This document shows, one piece after another, positions 32,714-40,814 of a stretch of DNA of 40,814 nt. How positions within the stretch are numbered: the first letter of the stretch is position 1; each line of letters starts with the position of its first letter. A model generated the notes under the pieces. The model was not told the DNA's origin. It saw nothing but the letters and a program-made list of their open reading frames with translations, and did not search any database. The position numbers were made by a program, and so were the translations under genes. The stretch comes from Candidatus Desantisbacteria bacterium (GTDB lineage Bacteria > JACRDZ01), in the NCBI GenBank assembly GCA_016209155.1, contig JACQWU010000022.1:1-40814 (forward strand), in the 5' to 3' direction.

Positions 32714-33414
32714 ATAAAAAACCTGTATATTATATGGTAAAATTAATTTTTTTGATACATCCTTATTTGAGGTTGTTAAATCATATTATGCAAACAAGTC
32801 TTTTGATTCATCATTAAATCATATAAAGAACGATTTATTCTGGATAAGATCAAATCTTGGGGGTACACTAAATAACTATGAAAGCAGTTTGACAAAAAAA
32901 TGGAAAAAGACTAAAGATTATCTGAAGAAGGATTCTCCAGTCATTCAATATTATGCAGATGAAGATTTAGATGATTATGAATGGGAAATAGGGAGTTTTT
33001 AATGTATTTTTTAATTATAAAAAACTTTTTGGTTTTAATATTAAAGTAGCAGGTTCACAAATTACAGAAGATTATACAGCATATTATCTTAATACTTTCC
33101 TTAAGCTCCCAGAATTTATTGTTTTTAATCCTAATGCAGAGCATAATTTTGATTTAGAAACATATGTAAATGAAAGTTATAAAAGATTATTTAGTAAAAA
33201 ACAATTTTCATCAAAAAATTTTTATTTTAGTGTGGAGTAGAACCTTTTTTTAGTATAGCTGTTTCTGCAGGTTTATTAGATCCATTTTGGCACATAAACC
33301 AAAGACAAGGGGTAAGGTTGTATCATGATAAAATTGGAATAAAAAAATTATTGGTATAAATCCCAGAACTATGACAGAATATCATATAAATCTTTATGCA
33401 GGTGGAATTGAGTA

Positions 33415-33461
33415 TCGAGCAACTACATTGAGATTTTTGCAGTTGCCTGATTTATCAGGCT
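33415..33461 (+). repeat. Copy B of the two-hairpin repeat
   Basis: Sequence: tcgagcaactacattgagatttttgcagttgcctgatttatcaggct. About 40 of 47 positions match copy A. The first stem carries one mismatch, the second stem is intact, and the differences fall mostly in the loops. It ends 43 nt before ATG 33504. Confidence 0.6.
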
Positions 33462-33503
33462 TAATTTAAAAATCAGTCAACTATCGATGGAGGTGAAAAA
33501 ATA

Positions 33504-34100
33504 ATGAAAATAATAACAAAAGTTTTATTAATATTAGTTTCAATCATAATATTGAATAGACCTGTATGCACTCAAAATGAAATACCTGAAATTTATGTAA
33601 CACCAAAGAAGCTCTCTTTTAATAAAGTCCTAAAAGACACTGAATCAGCACCTTTACCAATTTTTATAATAAATACAGGTGAAGCTAATTTAATTATTAG
33701 AACAGCATTAAACGATACAACAAATTATAGGTATGATCTTAAATCATTGGCGGATTCTACTGTATTAAAACCAAAAGAAGAATCCCAAATTCCTATAGTA
33801 TTTCATCCATCAGCAATTGGTTCATTAAATTCATATATTACAATAAATTCAAATGACCCTGTAAAAAATATTGTGATTGTTGACCTTGAAGGCATCGGTA
33901 TTAGAGCAGACAGCACTGTTAGCGATAAAAAAAGCGGGTGTTTAATTACTTCAATAAATAAAAAAATATTATTTAAAAATATAAATACTTTTACTAGATT
34001 TCGAGATTTAGAAATCATGTCCTCGAAATATAGTACCTTCTTTGCTAAAATTTATTACAAAATAAGTCCTGCTGTAATTTTTAAGGAGATAAAACATTAA
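33504..34100 (+). CDS. Secreted hypothetical protein with an Ig-like/ASH-type (choice-of-anchor-D-like) beta-sandwich pattern
   Basis: GGAGG RBS and a signal-like N-terminus. The pattern FIINTGEANLII...LKPKEESQIPIVFHPSAIGSLNSYITINSNDP...VDLEGIG resembles that repeat family. The family call is weak. Confidence 0.4.
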   Translation: MKIITKVLLILVSIIILNRPVCTQNEIPEIYVTPKKLSFNKVLKDTESAPLPIFIINTGEANLIIRTALNDTTNYRYDLKSLADSTVLKPKEESQIPIVFHPSAIGSLNSYITINSNDPVKNIVIVDLEGIGIRADSTVSDKKSGCLITSINKKILFKNINTFTRFRDLEIMSSKYSTFFAKIYYKISPAVIFKEIKH

Positions 34101-34609
34101 CAACATTTCAAATACTCCCAAAAACGAAAAAAATCCAATAGATATCCAAACATTTCTCAAATTATTTGCAAGTTTAATAGGAGGTTTGGGTGGTGTTACT
34201 GCAATTTTTGCTATTCTGGGATATATTATTATTTTATTAACATTAAAACTTGAAATTATTGTTGGTTTTGAGAGATGGAGAATATCAGATGATATTGCAA
34301 AATATATAAAAAATTTTATCTTATTTTCTATCTCTATTCCAACGGGGAATTTAATGCCCTTTATTTATTAGGACATACAAGCAGCAATAGAGATATTTTT
34401 TTTGATGCCTCGACCGAACCATCAAGTTCAATAATCATAGATAAAAATGCAATAAAAGCAATTAAAATAGATGATATAGACCGTGATAGGGATGATGAAC
34501 CAATGACTCTAAGAAGTTTTCGCGAGAAAACTAATAAAATAAAGCAACTTCCACAAAAAATGGGTAAAAATATTAAAATAGTAACTTTTGATACTGCGGA
34601 GGAGAAAGA

Positions 34610-35113
34610 ATGGGCAGAATTTATAAAATAGAAAAATATCTTTTTTTATTTATTATCACTTTGTTTATAAGCAATATTAATGCGGCGGATTTCAAAGACT
34701 CTTTAATTCAACCGGGTGTTGGTGTCGGAGTTCTGAAATTAGGAGATACACCTGTAGATATATCCAGAAAACTTGAAGGGAAAAAGGCAGACATTGCAAA
34801 AAAGATAGTCTATGATTCAACAGTAGAAATGTGGCTTTCATATGTAGATATGGGAGTTACTTTAATTTATGATACAAATAAATCCATAAAAAGTATTATT
34901 GTTACCAATAAAGAATTATTACTTGAAGAATCCGGAATACATGTTGGCAGTGCAAAATCCAATGTTTTGAAAAATTATAAAGGAGAAAAAAGACCAATAA
35001 GACAAATAAATAATAATATTGAACTATGGGAATATCCTGATCTGGGGATTATTTTTTTTGTAAATATAACCAAAGAATTGGTAGACTCAATAAAAGTAAT
35101 ACCTAAAAGATAG
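34610..35113 (+). CDS. Secreted hypothetical protein
   Basis: GGAGGAG RBS and a signal peptide ending ..ISNINA/AD. No family recognised. Confidence 0.45.
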   Translation: MGRIYKIEKYLFLFIITLFISNINAADFKDSLIQPGVGVGVLKLGDTPVDISRKLEGKKADIAKKIVYDSTVEMWLSYVDMGVTLIYDTNKSIKSIIVTNKELLLEESGIHVGSAKSNVLKNYKGEKRPIRQINNNIELWEYPDLGIIFFVNITKELVDSIKVIPKR

Positions 35114-35255
35114 CTTTCTATTTTATTTGATTTCAAAATTAAATATATGTATAATAAAATATATTACTAAGCGTTCAGCTATCAGCAGTCAGCTAAATCA
35201 ATGTAAAAAAGTATTCTTGGCATTTCCAGATAAAGAAGTGGGAGGAAAAGTCAAT

Positions 35256-35480
35256 ATGAAGACAAAAGATCTTATAGAAGAAGCAATTTCATTACCTGTT
35301 GAAGAAAGGGCAATGTTTGTTGATTCGTTATTAAAAAGTCTTAATCCACCAGAATCAGAAATAGATAAAAAATGGGTATTAGTGGCTAAACGACGTCTAG
35401 AAGAACTTCGTTCCAGTAGAGTGGAAACAGTACCAGGGGAAGAAGTATTTAAAAAGATAATGAAAAGATATATATTGTAG
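35256..35480 (+). CDS. Putative addiction-module antitoxin component (TIGR02574-like)
   Basis: GGAGG at 35241-35245 precedes ATG 35256. MKTKDLIEEAISLPVEERAMFVDSLLKSLNPP...DKKWVLVAKRRLEEL matches my recollection of that small-protein family. The track's longer ORF from 35127 lacks an RBS and covers the left inverted repeat. Confidence 0.55.
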   Translation: MKTKDLIEEAISLPVEERAMFVDSLLKSLNPPESEIDKKWVLVAKRRLEELRSSRVETVPGEEVFKKIMKRYIL

Positions 35481-35530
35481 CCGTAATGCATCTGCATAGA
35501 GAACCAGAATATTGGAAATATAGAATTTGA
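35453..35530 (+). pseudogene. C-terminal stub (25 codons) of a RelE/ParE-type toxin
   Basis: An alternative frame reads KDNEKIYIVAVMHLHREPEYWKYRI-stop. This is the typical last beta-strand and tail (I.I.AV.H..R.P.YW) of the RelE/ParE toxins that pair with such antitoxins. A stop lies immediately upstream, so the rest of the gene is gone. Confidence 0.45.
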
Positions 35531-35605
35531 GTTTTAATATCTTTAAAAACTGATAGCTGAAAGCTGATGGCTGAACGCTTACATATATAATCAGGAGCAA
35601 ATAAA

Positions 35606-36457
35606 ATGCCTGCTACAATTCAATTATTAGGAATCTTTGGGTTCCCGATTTCTCATACTTTATCACCATATATGCATAATGCTGTTTGCAAGAAATTAAA
35701 TCTGCCCTATTTTTATGCTCCATTTGAAATCTCGTCTGAAAAACTCGATAAAGCAATTGATAGCGTGCGTACGTTAAAAATTTCTGGAATTAATATTACC
35801 ATTCCTCATAAAGAAAAAGTTATTCAGTATCTGGATGAAATTTCTTCTGAAGCGAAATTAATTGGAGCAGTTAATACAATCAAAAATGATAATGGGAAAT
35901 TAATTGGATACAATACTGATGGGAAAGGTTTTATCGCTGCGCTAAAAGAGGATACCGGAATATTACCAGGAAAAAGATCGTTTTTAATTTTTGGCGCTGG
36001 CGGCGCCTGTCGTTCTATAGCTATACAGCTGGCTCTGGATGGAGCAAAAAAAATTATTATTGCTAATCGCACTCTGGATAAAGCGGAAAATATTGCTGAT
36101 AATATTAGAAAAAATATTCCTGCCTGTGATGTTCAAGCAATTTTGCTAAATAAAATTGCTGATATTATTTCTGATGAATATATTCTGATTAATACCACTC
36201 CATTGGGAATGAAGGAAAGTGATTCTCCAATTTTTGATTATTCCTTATTATCCAAAATTAAAATTGTGGTTGACATTATTTATAACCCGCCTCAGACACC
36301 TTTATTAAAAGAAGCTCAAAAATTTGACGCTCGTACAGCCAATGGTCTAAATATGCTGGTTTTTCAAGGAGCGCTTGCATTTGAAATATGGACTGGCATA
36401 AAACCGCCAATTTTAGTTATGCGTGAAGCATTAATTGAAAAAATGTTTAAATTATAA
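35606..36457 (+). CDS. aroE: Shikimate 5-dehydrogenase
   Basis: Motifs are FGFPISHTLSPYMHN, GINITIPHKE, IGAVNTI, GYNTDGKGF, the Rossmann motif FGAGGACRSIA and NRT. Confidence 0.9.
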   Translation: MPATIQLLGIFGFPISHTLSPYMHNAVCKKLNLPYFYAPFEISSEKLDKAIDSVRTLKISGINITIPHKEKVIQYLDEISSEAKLIGAVNTIKNDNGKLIGYNTDGKGFIAALKEDTGILPGKRSFLIFGAGGACRSIAIQLALDGAKKIIIANRTLDKAENIADNIRKNIPACDVQAILLNKIADIISDEYILINTTPLGMKESDSPIFDYSLLSKIKIVVDIIYNPPQTPLLKEAQKFDARTANGLNMLVFQGALAFEIWTGIKPPILVMREALIEKMFKL

Positions 36458-36533
36458 AATACTGTATGGGATAGGAATTTTATTTAAATTTTAATGATTT
36501 GTAGTATAATATAAGATTACTAAGGAGAAACTC

Positions 36534-37571
36534 ATGACAACTGAAAAAGAAAAAGCTGTTGAGCTGGCATTAACTCAGATTGAAAAGCAATTTGGTAAAG
36601 GTTCAATAATGCGATTGGGCGCAAATGCTATTAAAATGGATATCCCGACTATTTCCACTGGCATAATTTCGATTGATGCGGCACTTGGTATTGGCGGTGT
36701 TCCGCGCGGAAGAATAGTAGAGATTTTTGGCCCTGAATCATCAGGAAAAACAACAATTGCTTTACATATAATCGCTGAAGCGCAAAAAGTAGGCGGGATA
36801 GCGGCGTTTATAGATGCCGAACATGCTCTTGATCCGCGATATGCAAATCAATTAGGAGTTGATACTGAAAATCTGCTTGTCTCACAGCCGGATACAGGCG
36901 AGCAGGCTCTGGAAATAGCTGAAGTATTAATTCGCAGCAATGCTGTTGATATTGTGGTAATAGATTCTGTGGCAGCATTAGTTCCAAAAGCTGAAATTGA
37001 AGGTGAAATGGGTGACCAGCATATGGGATTGCAGGCGCGTCTTATGTCGCAGGCATTAAGAAAAGTCACTGCATGTATCAGCAAATCAAAAACATGCGCG
37101 ATTTTTATTAATCAGGTTAGAGAAAAAATAGGTGTAATGTTCGGCAATCCGGAAGTTACAACAGGCGGCAGAGCTTTAAAATTCTATTCAACTATCAGAA
37201 TGGAAGTACGTAAAGTTACTTCAATTAAAGAAGGAAATGATGTCATTGGAAATAGAGTTAAAGTTAATATTGTTAAAAATAAAGTCGCTCCTCCATTCAA
37301 GCAGGTTGAAGTTGATATACTTTTTGGAGAAGGGATGTCCAAGCTTAATGATATATTAGATAAAGGTGTTGAATTAAATATAATTGAAAAAAGCGGCGCA
37401 TGGTTTTCTTATGGAAGTGAACGCATTGGACAGGGACGCGAGAATGTTAGAATTTATTTAAAAGCCCATCCTGATATAACCGATGAAATAGAAAAAAAGG
37501 TCAGAGAAAAATTGGGACTGATAAAATCTTCTACCCCAGCGCCAGAAACGGAAAAAAATATTAAGAAATAA
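36534..37571 (+). CDS. recA: Recombinase A
   Basis: Motifs are [14 protein letters not shown], Walker [42 protein letters not shown] and [24 protein letters not shown]. Confidence 0.97.
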   Translation: MTTEKEKAVELALTQIEKQFGKGSIMRLGANAIKMDIPTISTGIISIDAALGIGGVPRGRIVEIFGPESSGKTTIALHIIAEAQKVGGIAAFIDAEHALDPRYANQLGVDTENLLVSQPDTGEQALEIAEVLIRSNAVDIVVIDSVAALVPKAEIEGEMGDQHMGLQARLMSQALRKVTACISKSKTCAIFINQVREKIGVMFGNPEVTTGGRALKFYSTIRMEVRKVTSIKEGNDVIGNRVKVNIVKNKVAPPFKQVEVDILFGEGMSKLNDILDKGVELNIIEKSGAWFSYGSERIGQGRENVRIYLKAHPDITDEIEKKVREKLGLIKSSTPAPETEKNIKK

Positions 37572-37612
37572 AATGAAAGTATTTTTTAAATTCTTTAGGA
37601 GGTGAAATACAT

Positions 37613-37897
37613 ATGGGACTTGCAGTTAAAAAAATGAACGCGCATCCGTATGTTTTTTCTAAGAAGGGTATATGTGGAGGACGAAGCATAATAGAAGGGA
37701 CAAGAATTCCAGTCTGGGCAATTATCAAATGGTATAAATTTGGTTTATCATTGGAAGAAATCATGCGGGAATTTCCTCAATTGTCTCCTGCACAGATTCA
37801 TGATGTATTTTCGTATTATTATGATAATCAGAAAGAAATAGAAAAAGATATTGCAGACAATGAAAATGAAAATTATATTAGAGGAAAGTGTATCTAA
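37613..37897 (+). CDS. DUF433-family protein (putative antitoxin-like)
   Basis: GGAGG RBS. ICGGRSIIEGTRIPVWAIIKWYKFGLSLEEIMREFPQLSPAQIHDVFSYY is the DUF433 pattern as I recall it. Confidence 0.65.
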   Translation: MGLAVKKMNAHPYVFSKKGICGGRSIIEGTRIPVWAIIKWYKFGLSLEEIMREFPQLSPAQIHDVFSYYYDNQKEIEKDIADNENENYIRGKCI

Positions 37898-38247
37898 TGA
37901 TAAAGCTTTATCTTGATGAAAATGTTCCAGAATCCGTAGCAATAGCATTAAGATTAAGAGGATACGATATTATAACTGTAAAAGAAGCGACGTTAAAAGG
38001 GTTGTCGGATATTGATCAACTTAAATATGCAACATCGGAAAACATGACTATTTTTACATTTAACATTGCTGATTTCTATAAAATTCATATTGAATTTATA
38101 AAAAATAAGATAAATCATAATGGCATTATTCTCTCAAAGCAACTTCCTATAGGAACAATCGTTAAAGCACTATCAAGATTACTTTCAAATGCAGATCGTA
38201 ATAACTTACAGAATAATATAATCTGGTTAAGCGATTGGATTAAATAA
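37897..38247 (+). CDS. DUF5615 (PIN-like/Mut7-C-like) protein, putative toxin partner of DUF433
   Basis: ATG 37897 overlaps the upstream TAA by 1 nt (TAATG), and GAGGA lies at 37881-37885. MIKLYLDENVP...LRLRGYDIITV is the typical N-terminus of this family. Confidence 0.6.
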   Translation: MIKLYLDENVPESVAIALRLRGYDIITVKEATLKGLSDIDQLKYATSENMTIFTFNIADFYKIHIEFIKNKINHNGIILSKQLPIGTIVKALSRLLSNADRNNLQNNIIWLSDWIK

Positions 38248-38324
38248 TATGCTAAGAGCTTACGAAAAAATAATAAAATTAACTCTATTACTGCGCCAGG
38301 GTTCTATTCTACATTTATATGCAT

Positions 38325-39020
38325 TTATATAATCCTCTCAATAATTCTTCTAATGTCATCAGGGCCTAAAACAGCCATTAAACTATCGCGTATTTCCGGA
38401 TGACAATAAATTCGTCCTTTTGCAGTAATATTCATTAATCTATTATATATTTGTTTCCAAACATCGGAAACTTTATTCCCCGCCTCTTTTCTAGAGGGAT
38501 AATTCTTTTGTAATCTTTGCGGCTCCGGTATAAATCGTAAAATATTTTTTGTAGTACCATAACTTGGTTCCGGAGCATCGCATAAAATTTGATTTGGTAA
38601 AAATAGTCTTTCTAGAGTTTTATCTATAATTTCGGGTGCAAGTAATGAAACATTATTACATTGTGTATGAAAAATAAAATTAGAATACTCTTTTTTTATT
38701 TCTTCTTGTAATTTAGAATTAAATCCTTCTTTTTTAACAGCTATACGAAACTTATTAAGAAGAGAATTTGATAACCCATTATCTGTAGGGTCATAATGTA
38801 TTGTAAAAATTCGTTTATAATAAGAACGATTTTGTATTAAGTAAATTAGTTCCTTGCTGTTATCATCAGAATATTTGAGAATCAATTTAAGATAGTCTTC
38901 TAAATGTATTGCTCTTATTTCTTCGTCTAATCCAATTAACTTATTAAAATCAGGAATAAAAGAAGATTTCGTTTTTTTCTTATGAGTCTGATTAGCATTG
39001 TAAATAGCTTGAAGTAGCAT
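38325..39020 (-). CDS. C-terminal region of an HD-domain (SAMHD1/dGTPase-like) protein, out of frame with its HD core
   Basis: It begins MLLQAIYNA..., which is what normally follows the ..LYWHHTVRS.. helix of these proteins. That helix is encoded in the overlapping ORF 38936-39721 in another frame. Confidence 0.55.
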   Translation of the reverse strand: MLLQAIYNANQTHKKKTKSSFIPDFNKLIGLDEEIRAIHLEDYLKLILKYSDDNSKELIYLIQNRSYYKRIFTIHYDPTDNGLSNSLLNKFRIAVKKEGFNSKLQEEIKKEYSNFIFHTQCNNVSLLAPEIIDKTLERLFLPNQILCDAPEPSYGTTKNILRFIPEPQRLQKNYPSRKEAGNKVSDVWKQIYNRLMNITAKGRIYCHPEIRDSLMAVLGPDDIRRIIERII

Positions 39021-39811
39021 ACTCGAATACTTCTTACAGTATGATGCCAGTACAGAGATTGATAAAGGAGATAACGTGCGAAAGTTAAAGATTCAGCTGC
39101 TGTCTGTCCTTTCTCATAGCAACCAACAGAAAAGTTTATTTCATTATTATCATCGGTATAAATTATTATTGTTAAATTGCTGAGTAATCTTTCAAAATCA
39201 ATTATTTCGCCATATTTTAAATGACAATTTTTACTATCTCTTATTAAAAAATCTACTTTATCAACATCAATAGGTCCATCGATTATTGATGATAGCATTT
39301 TTTTCTTAAGGTTTTTTTTTGGAAAAAGTGTGTTTTCATCTTTTTGTCCTAATAGAATATTTTTAATGTCTTCAGTTTTTATTCCCCAACCCCAATCATC
39401 ATTCTCAATAATATTTTTAATAGTATTTCCATCTTTATCTTTTGTTGTATTTTCTAAAAGTTTGTTTCCTATTACTTCATGTTTTAATTCTGGTAATACT
39501 TCTTCAGTTTCATGTGCAAGTGGATAATGACCAATATCATGTAAAAGGCTGGCAAGTAATAATGATTTAATATCATTTACATTTACAAGTTGTCTAAAAA
39601 GTGGATTGTATGGATCATTATATAAGGCATTTATATAAAGACAACAATTTCTAAAGACACCAATTGAATGTTCTAATCGATTATGAGTAGAAGTGGGATA
39701 AATCGTATTTACTAAACCCAATTGTAATACTTTAGATAATCTCGAAAATACAGGATGTTCAATAATCCTTTTGACTCTTTTACTAAAAGATAAGGATAAT
39801 ACTTTATTACA
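38936..39811 (-). CDS. HD-domain phosphohydrolase core (SAMHD1/dGTP-triphosphohydrolase-like)
   Basis: Motifs are IIEHPVFSRLSKVLQLG, THNRLEHSIGV, LLHDIGHYPLAH, DVDKVDFLIRDS and LYQSLYWHHTVRS. The homology extends upstream of the track's TTG (39721) to the stop at 39812-39814, with no start codon in between. Confidence 0.7.
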   Translation of the reverse strand, partial: CNKVLSLSFSKRVKRIIEHPVFSRLSKVLQLGLVNTIYPTSTHNRLEHSIGVFRNCCLYINALYNDPYNPLFRQLVNVNDIKSLLLASLLHDIGHYPLAHETEEVLPELKHEVIGNKLLENTTKDKDGNTIKNIIENDDWGWGIKTEDIKNILLGQKDENTLFPKKNLKKKMLSSIIDGPIDVDKVDFLIRDSKNCHLKYGEIIDFERLLSNLTIIIYTDDNNEINFSVGCYEKGQTAAESLTFARYLLYQSLYWHHTVRSIRVCYFKLFTMLIRLIRKKRNLLLFLILIS

Positions 39812-40161
39812 CTATTTTCAGTAATAGACACTTCACCAAGTGCATAAATATTAATTATATTATCGTGTTTAAGACTTTTAAGATTTTCAATCTCGGTTTT
39901 TATTGATTCTATTAATTCATTCGTCTTAGGACGAGGGAACTTAAGTGCTTTTGGAATTTTTAGTTGTTTATCAACTAATTTTACAATAATGCCTGTCCCT
40001 CCTCTTCCTATCGGAGAAATAAAATCATAAATTGTTGTTATTTCCTTCTCTACTGCATTGAGTATGGCTATAACTTTATCCTTTTCTTTATTAAAGCTGT
40101 CAGAATTATCATCCTCTTTTTTATAAATATTTTCTAATTGTTTTATAAAGTCATCAGTCAT
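39712..40161 (-). CDS. Protein-kinase N-lobe-like region (no C-lobe), running into the HD-domain frame
   Basis: GAGGG lies 4 nt before ATG 40161. It has a Gly-rich loop (IGRGGTGIIVKL), the beta3 Lys (KALKF), the alphaC Glu (IKTEIENLKSLKHDNIINIY) and a hinge-like YLLVKE. No HRD or DFG motifs follow. Confidence 0.5.
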   Translation of the reverse strand: MTDDFIKQLENIYKKEDDNSDSFNKEKDKVIAILNAVEKEITTIYDFISPIGRGGTGIIVKLVDKQLKIPKALKFPRPKTNELIESIKTEIENLKSLKHDNIINIYALGEVSITENSVIKYYPYLLVKESKGLLNILYFRDYLKYYNWV

Positions 40162-40516
40162 TTTTCCCTCAATAATTGAGTGATGTCGAATATGTATAAG
40201 TAAATCAAAAATCAATATAGCTTATTAAACTAAAAAATAGTGAAAAGGTAAAGTGATTTTTTAGTTTTTTATAACAAATAGAATATTCTAAGGTCAAAAG
40301 ATGCAAGAGAAATGCAAAACGATGAAGGTATATTATTTTATAAACTAAATTTTTATATTCTTCTAAATCTATAAATATAATTTGAGTATGTTGTCAATTT
40401 TTTGTTAAAACATGTATTTTTAATACCCACTATATACCCATTCTATCATAGTTGTAATTTTCCATATTATGTGGATACTATTATCTATAGATACTGACAG
40501 CAATCTTCTGACATTT

Positions 40517-40814
40517 TCACCGAGAATTGCTGTTAATACTTACATTAAAATTTGATGTCCCTGATAAAAAATATTTTTTAAATTCATTATAAGAATTATT
40601 TGCCAGATCTAAAGTCATATAATATTTCCCAATTTTACTAATTTCATGAGCGTCAGAAAAGGTAAGAGGTATAATATTATACTTTTTATAATTATTTACA
40701 AATTCCTCTTTCTTTTCTGGATTACGCAAATCAAAAAAAGTAATACCATAATCAATCAGATTCGGGATAAATGAACTTCGTGAAGGATTTTTATCCTGAT
40801 GAGAAGAAATTATT
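40517..40814 (-). CDS. PHP-domain-like phosphoesterase, C-terminal part (the N-terminus lies beyond the window)
   Basis: The frame is open to the window edge (IISSHQDKNPS...YGITFFDLRNPEK...NIIPLTFSDAHEISKIG). The ..SDAH....IG ending is typical of PHP domains. This call is weak. Confidence 0.35.
   Translation of the reverse strand, partial: IISSHQDKNPSRSSFIPNLIDYGITFFDLRNPEKKEEFVNNYKKYNIIPLTFSDAHEISKIGKYYMTLDLANNSYNEFKKYFLSGTSNFNVSINSNSR

Larger units (their letters stand above)
35168..35581. repeat. 414-bp unit bounded by 19-bp inverted repeats, enclosing an antitoxin gene and a toxin stub
   Basis: The left arm is taagcgttcagctatcagc (35168-35186). The right arm is gctgatggctgaacgctta (35563-35581), whose reverse complement matches the left arm at 18 of 19 positions. 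An extra partial copy, ctgatagctgaa, lies at 35550-35561. Confidence 0.6.

Noticed and set aside
34186-34371. A 61-aa hydrophobic ORF between the two secreted-protein genes.
   Set aside because: It starts at a non-ATG codon with only a weak RBS context and has no homology cues. The surrounding 500 bp looks like eroded sequence. It may be real, but I cannot support it.
35127-35255. A 43-codon N-terminal extension of the antitoxin ORF.
   Set aside because: It has no RBS and the region contains the left inverted repeat. A GGAGG-preceded ATG at 35256 gives the typical ~74-aa family length.
35168-35581. Interpreting the inverted repeats around the antitoxin as integron attC sites (a gene cassette).
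   Set aside because: The arms contain GTTCAGC and GCTGAAC, which do not satisfy the GTTRRRY/RYYYAAC core consensus. No integrase or attI is in the window.
1-40814. A search by eye for CRISPR arrays, tRNA or rRNA genes, and tandem repeats in the intergenic stretches (28515-28842, 30159-30356, 31032-31576, 32714-33503, 34101-34609, 40216-40516).
   Set aside because: I found no regularly spaced direct repeats and no GC-rich cloverleaf-like or rRNA-like segments. These regions are uniformly AT-rich. A tRNAscan/Infernal run would be the proper confirmation.

Overview
AT-rich fragment, apparently from a diderm (outer-membrane) bacterium and possibly metagenome-derived. All family calls come from reading motifs in the supplied translations; no searches were run.

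(1) nt 1-28514 is one co-directional, tightly packed biosynthetic locus. It holds:
- a beta-branching pair (HMG-CoA-synthase-like, cut by the window edge, plus a PksI-like crotonase);
- two giant AT-less (trans-AT) polyketide synthases with four KS modules, two embedded C-methyltransferases, three ACPs and no TE;
- a translationally coupled benzoate-CoA-ligase-like gene, a type III PKS-like gene and an unknown 138-aa ORF;
- a four-gene export set (ABC ATPase, double-FtsX permease, LolA-like protein, outer-membrane barrel);
- two discrete acyltransferases.
Three oddities stand out. An in-frame TAG replaces the Glu of the Y-x-E-A-HGTGT motif in KS1. The last module reads KS-MT-flanking subdomain and ends with no ACP or TE. 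A type III PKS subcluster sits where a release or next-module function would be expected.

(2) nt 28.5-35.6 kb is a decayed, very AT-rich zone:
- an ABC-ATPase fragment fused to a truncated, frameshifted IS1634-like transposase;
- an Sfp-type PPTase with no usable start codon;
- start-less open frames;
- a DUF900-type hydrolase and two secreted hypotheticals;
- an inverted-repeat-flanked antitoxin with a 25-codon toxin stub;
- a two-copy structured ~47-nt repeat.

(3) nt 35.6-40.8 kb carries aroE, recA and a DUF433/DUF5615 pair. On the minus strand there is a protein-kinase-N-lobe-like region followed by a SAMHD1-like HD domain, broken by two frame changes, and then a partial PHP-like gene. 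I saw no rRNA, tRNA or CRISPR array.
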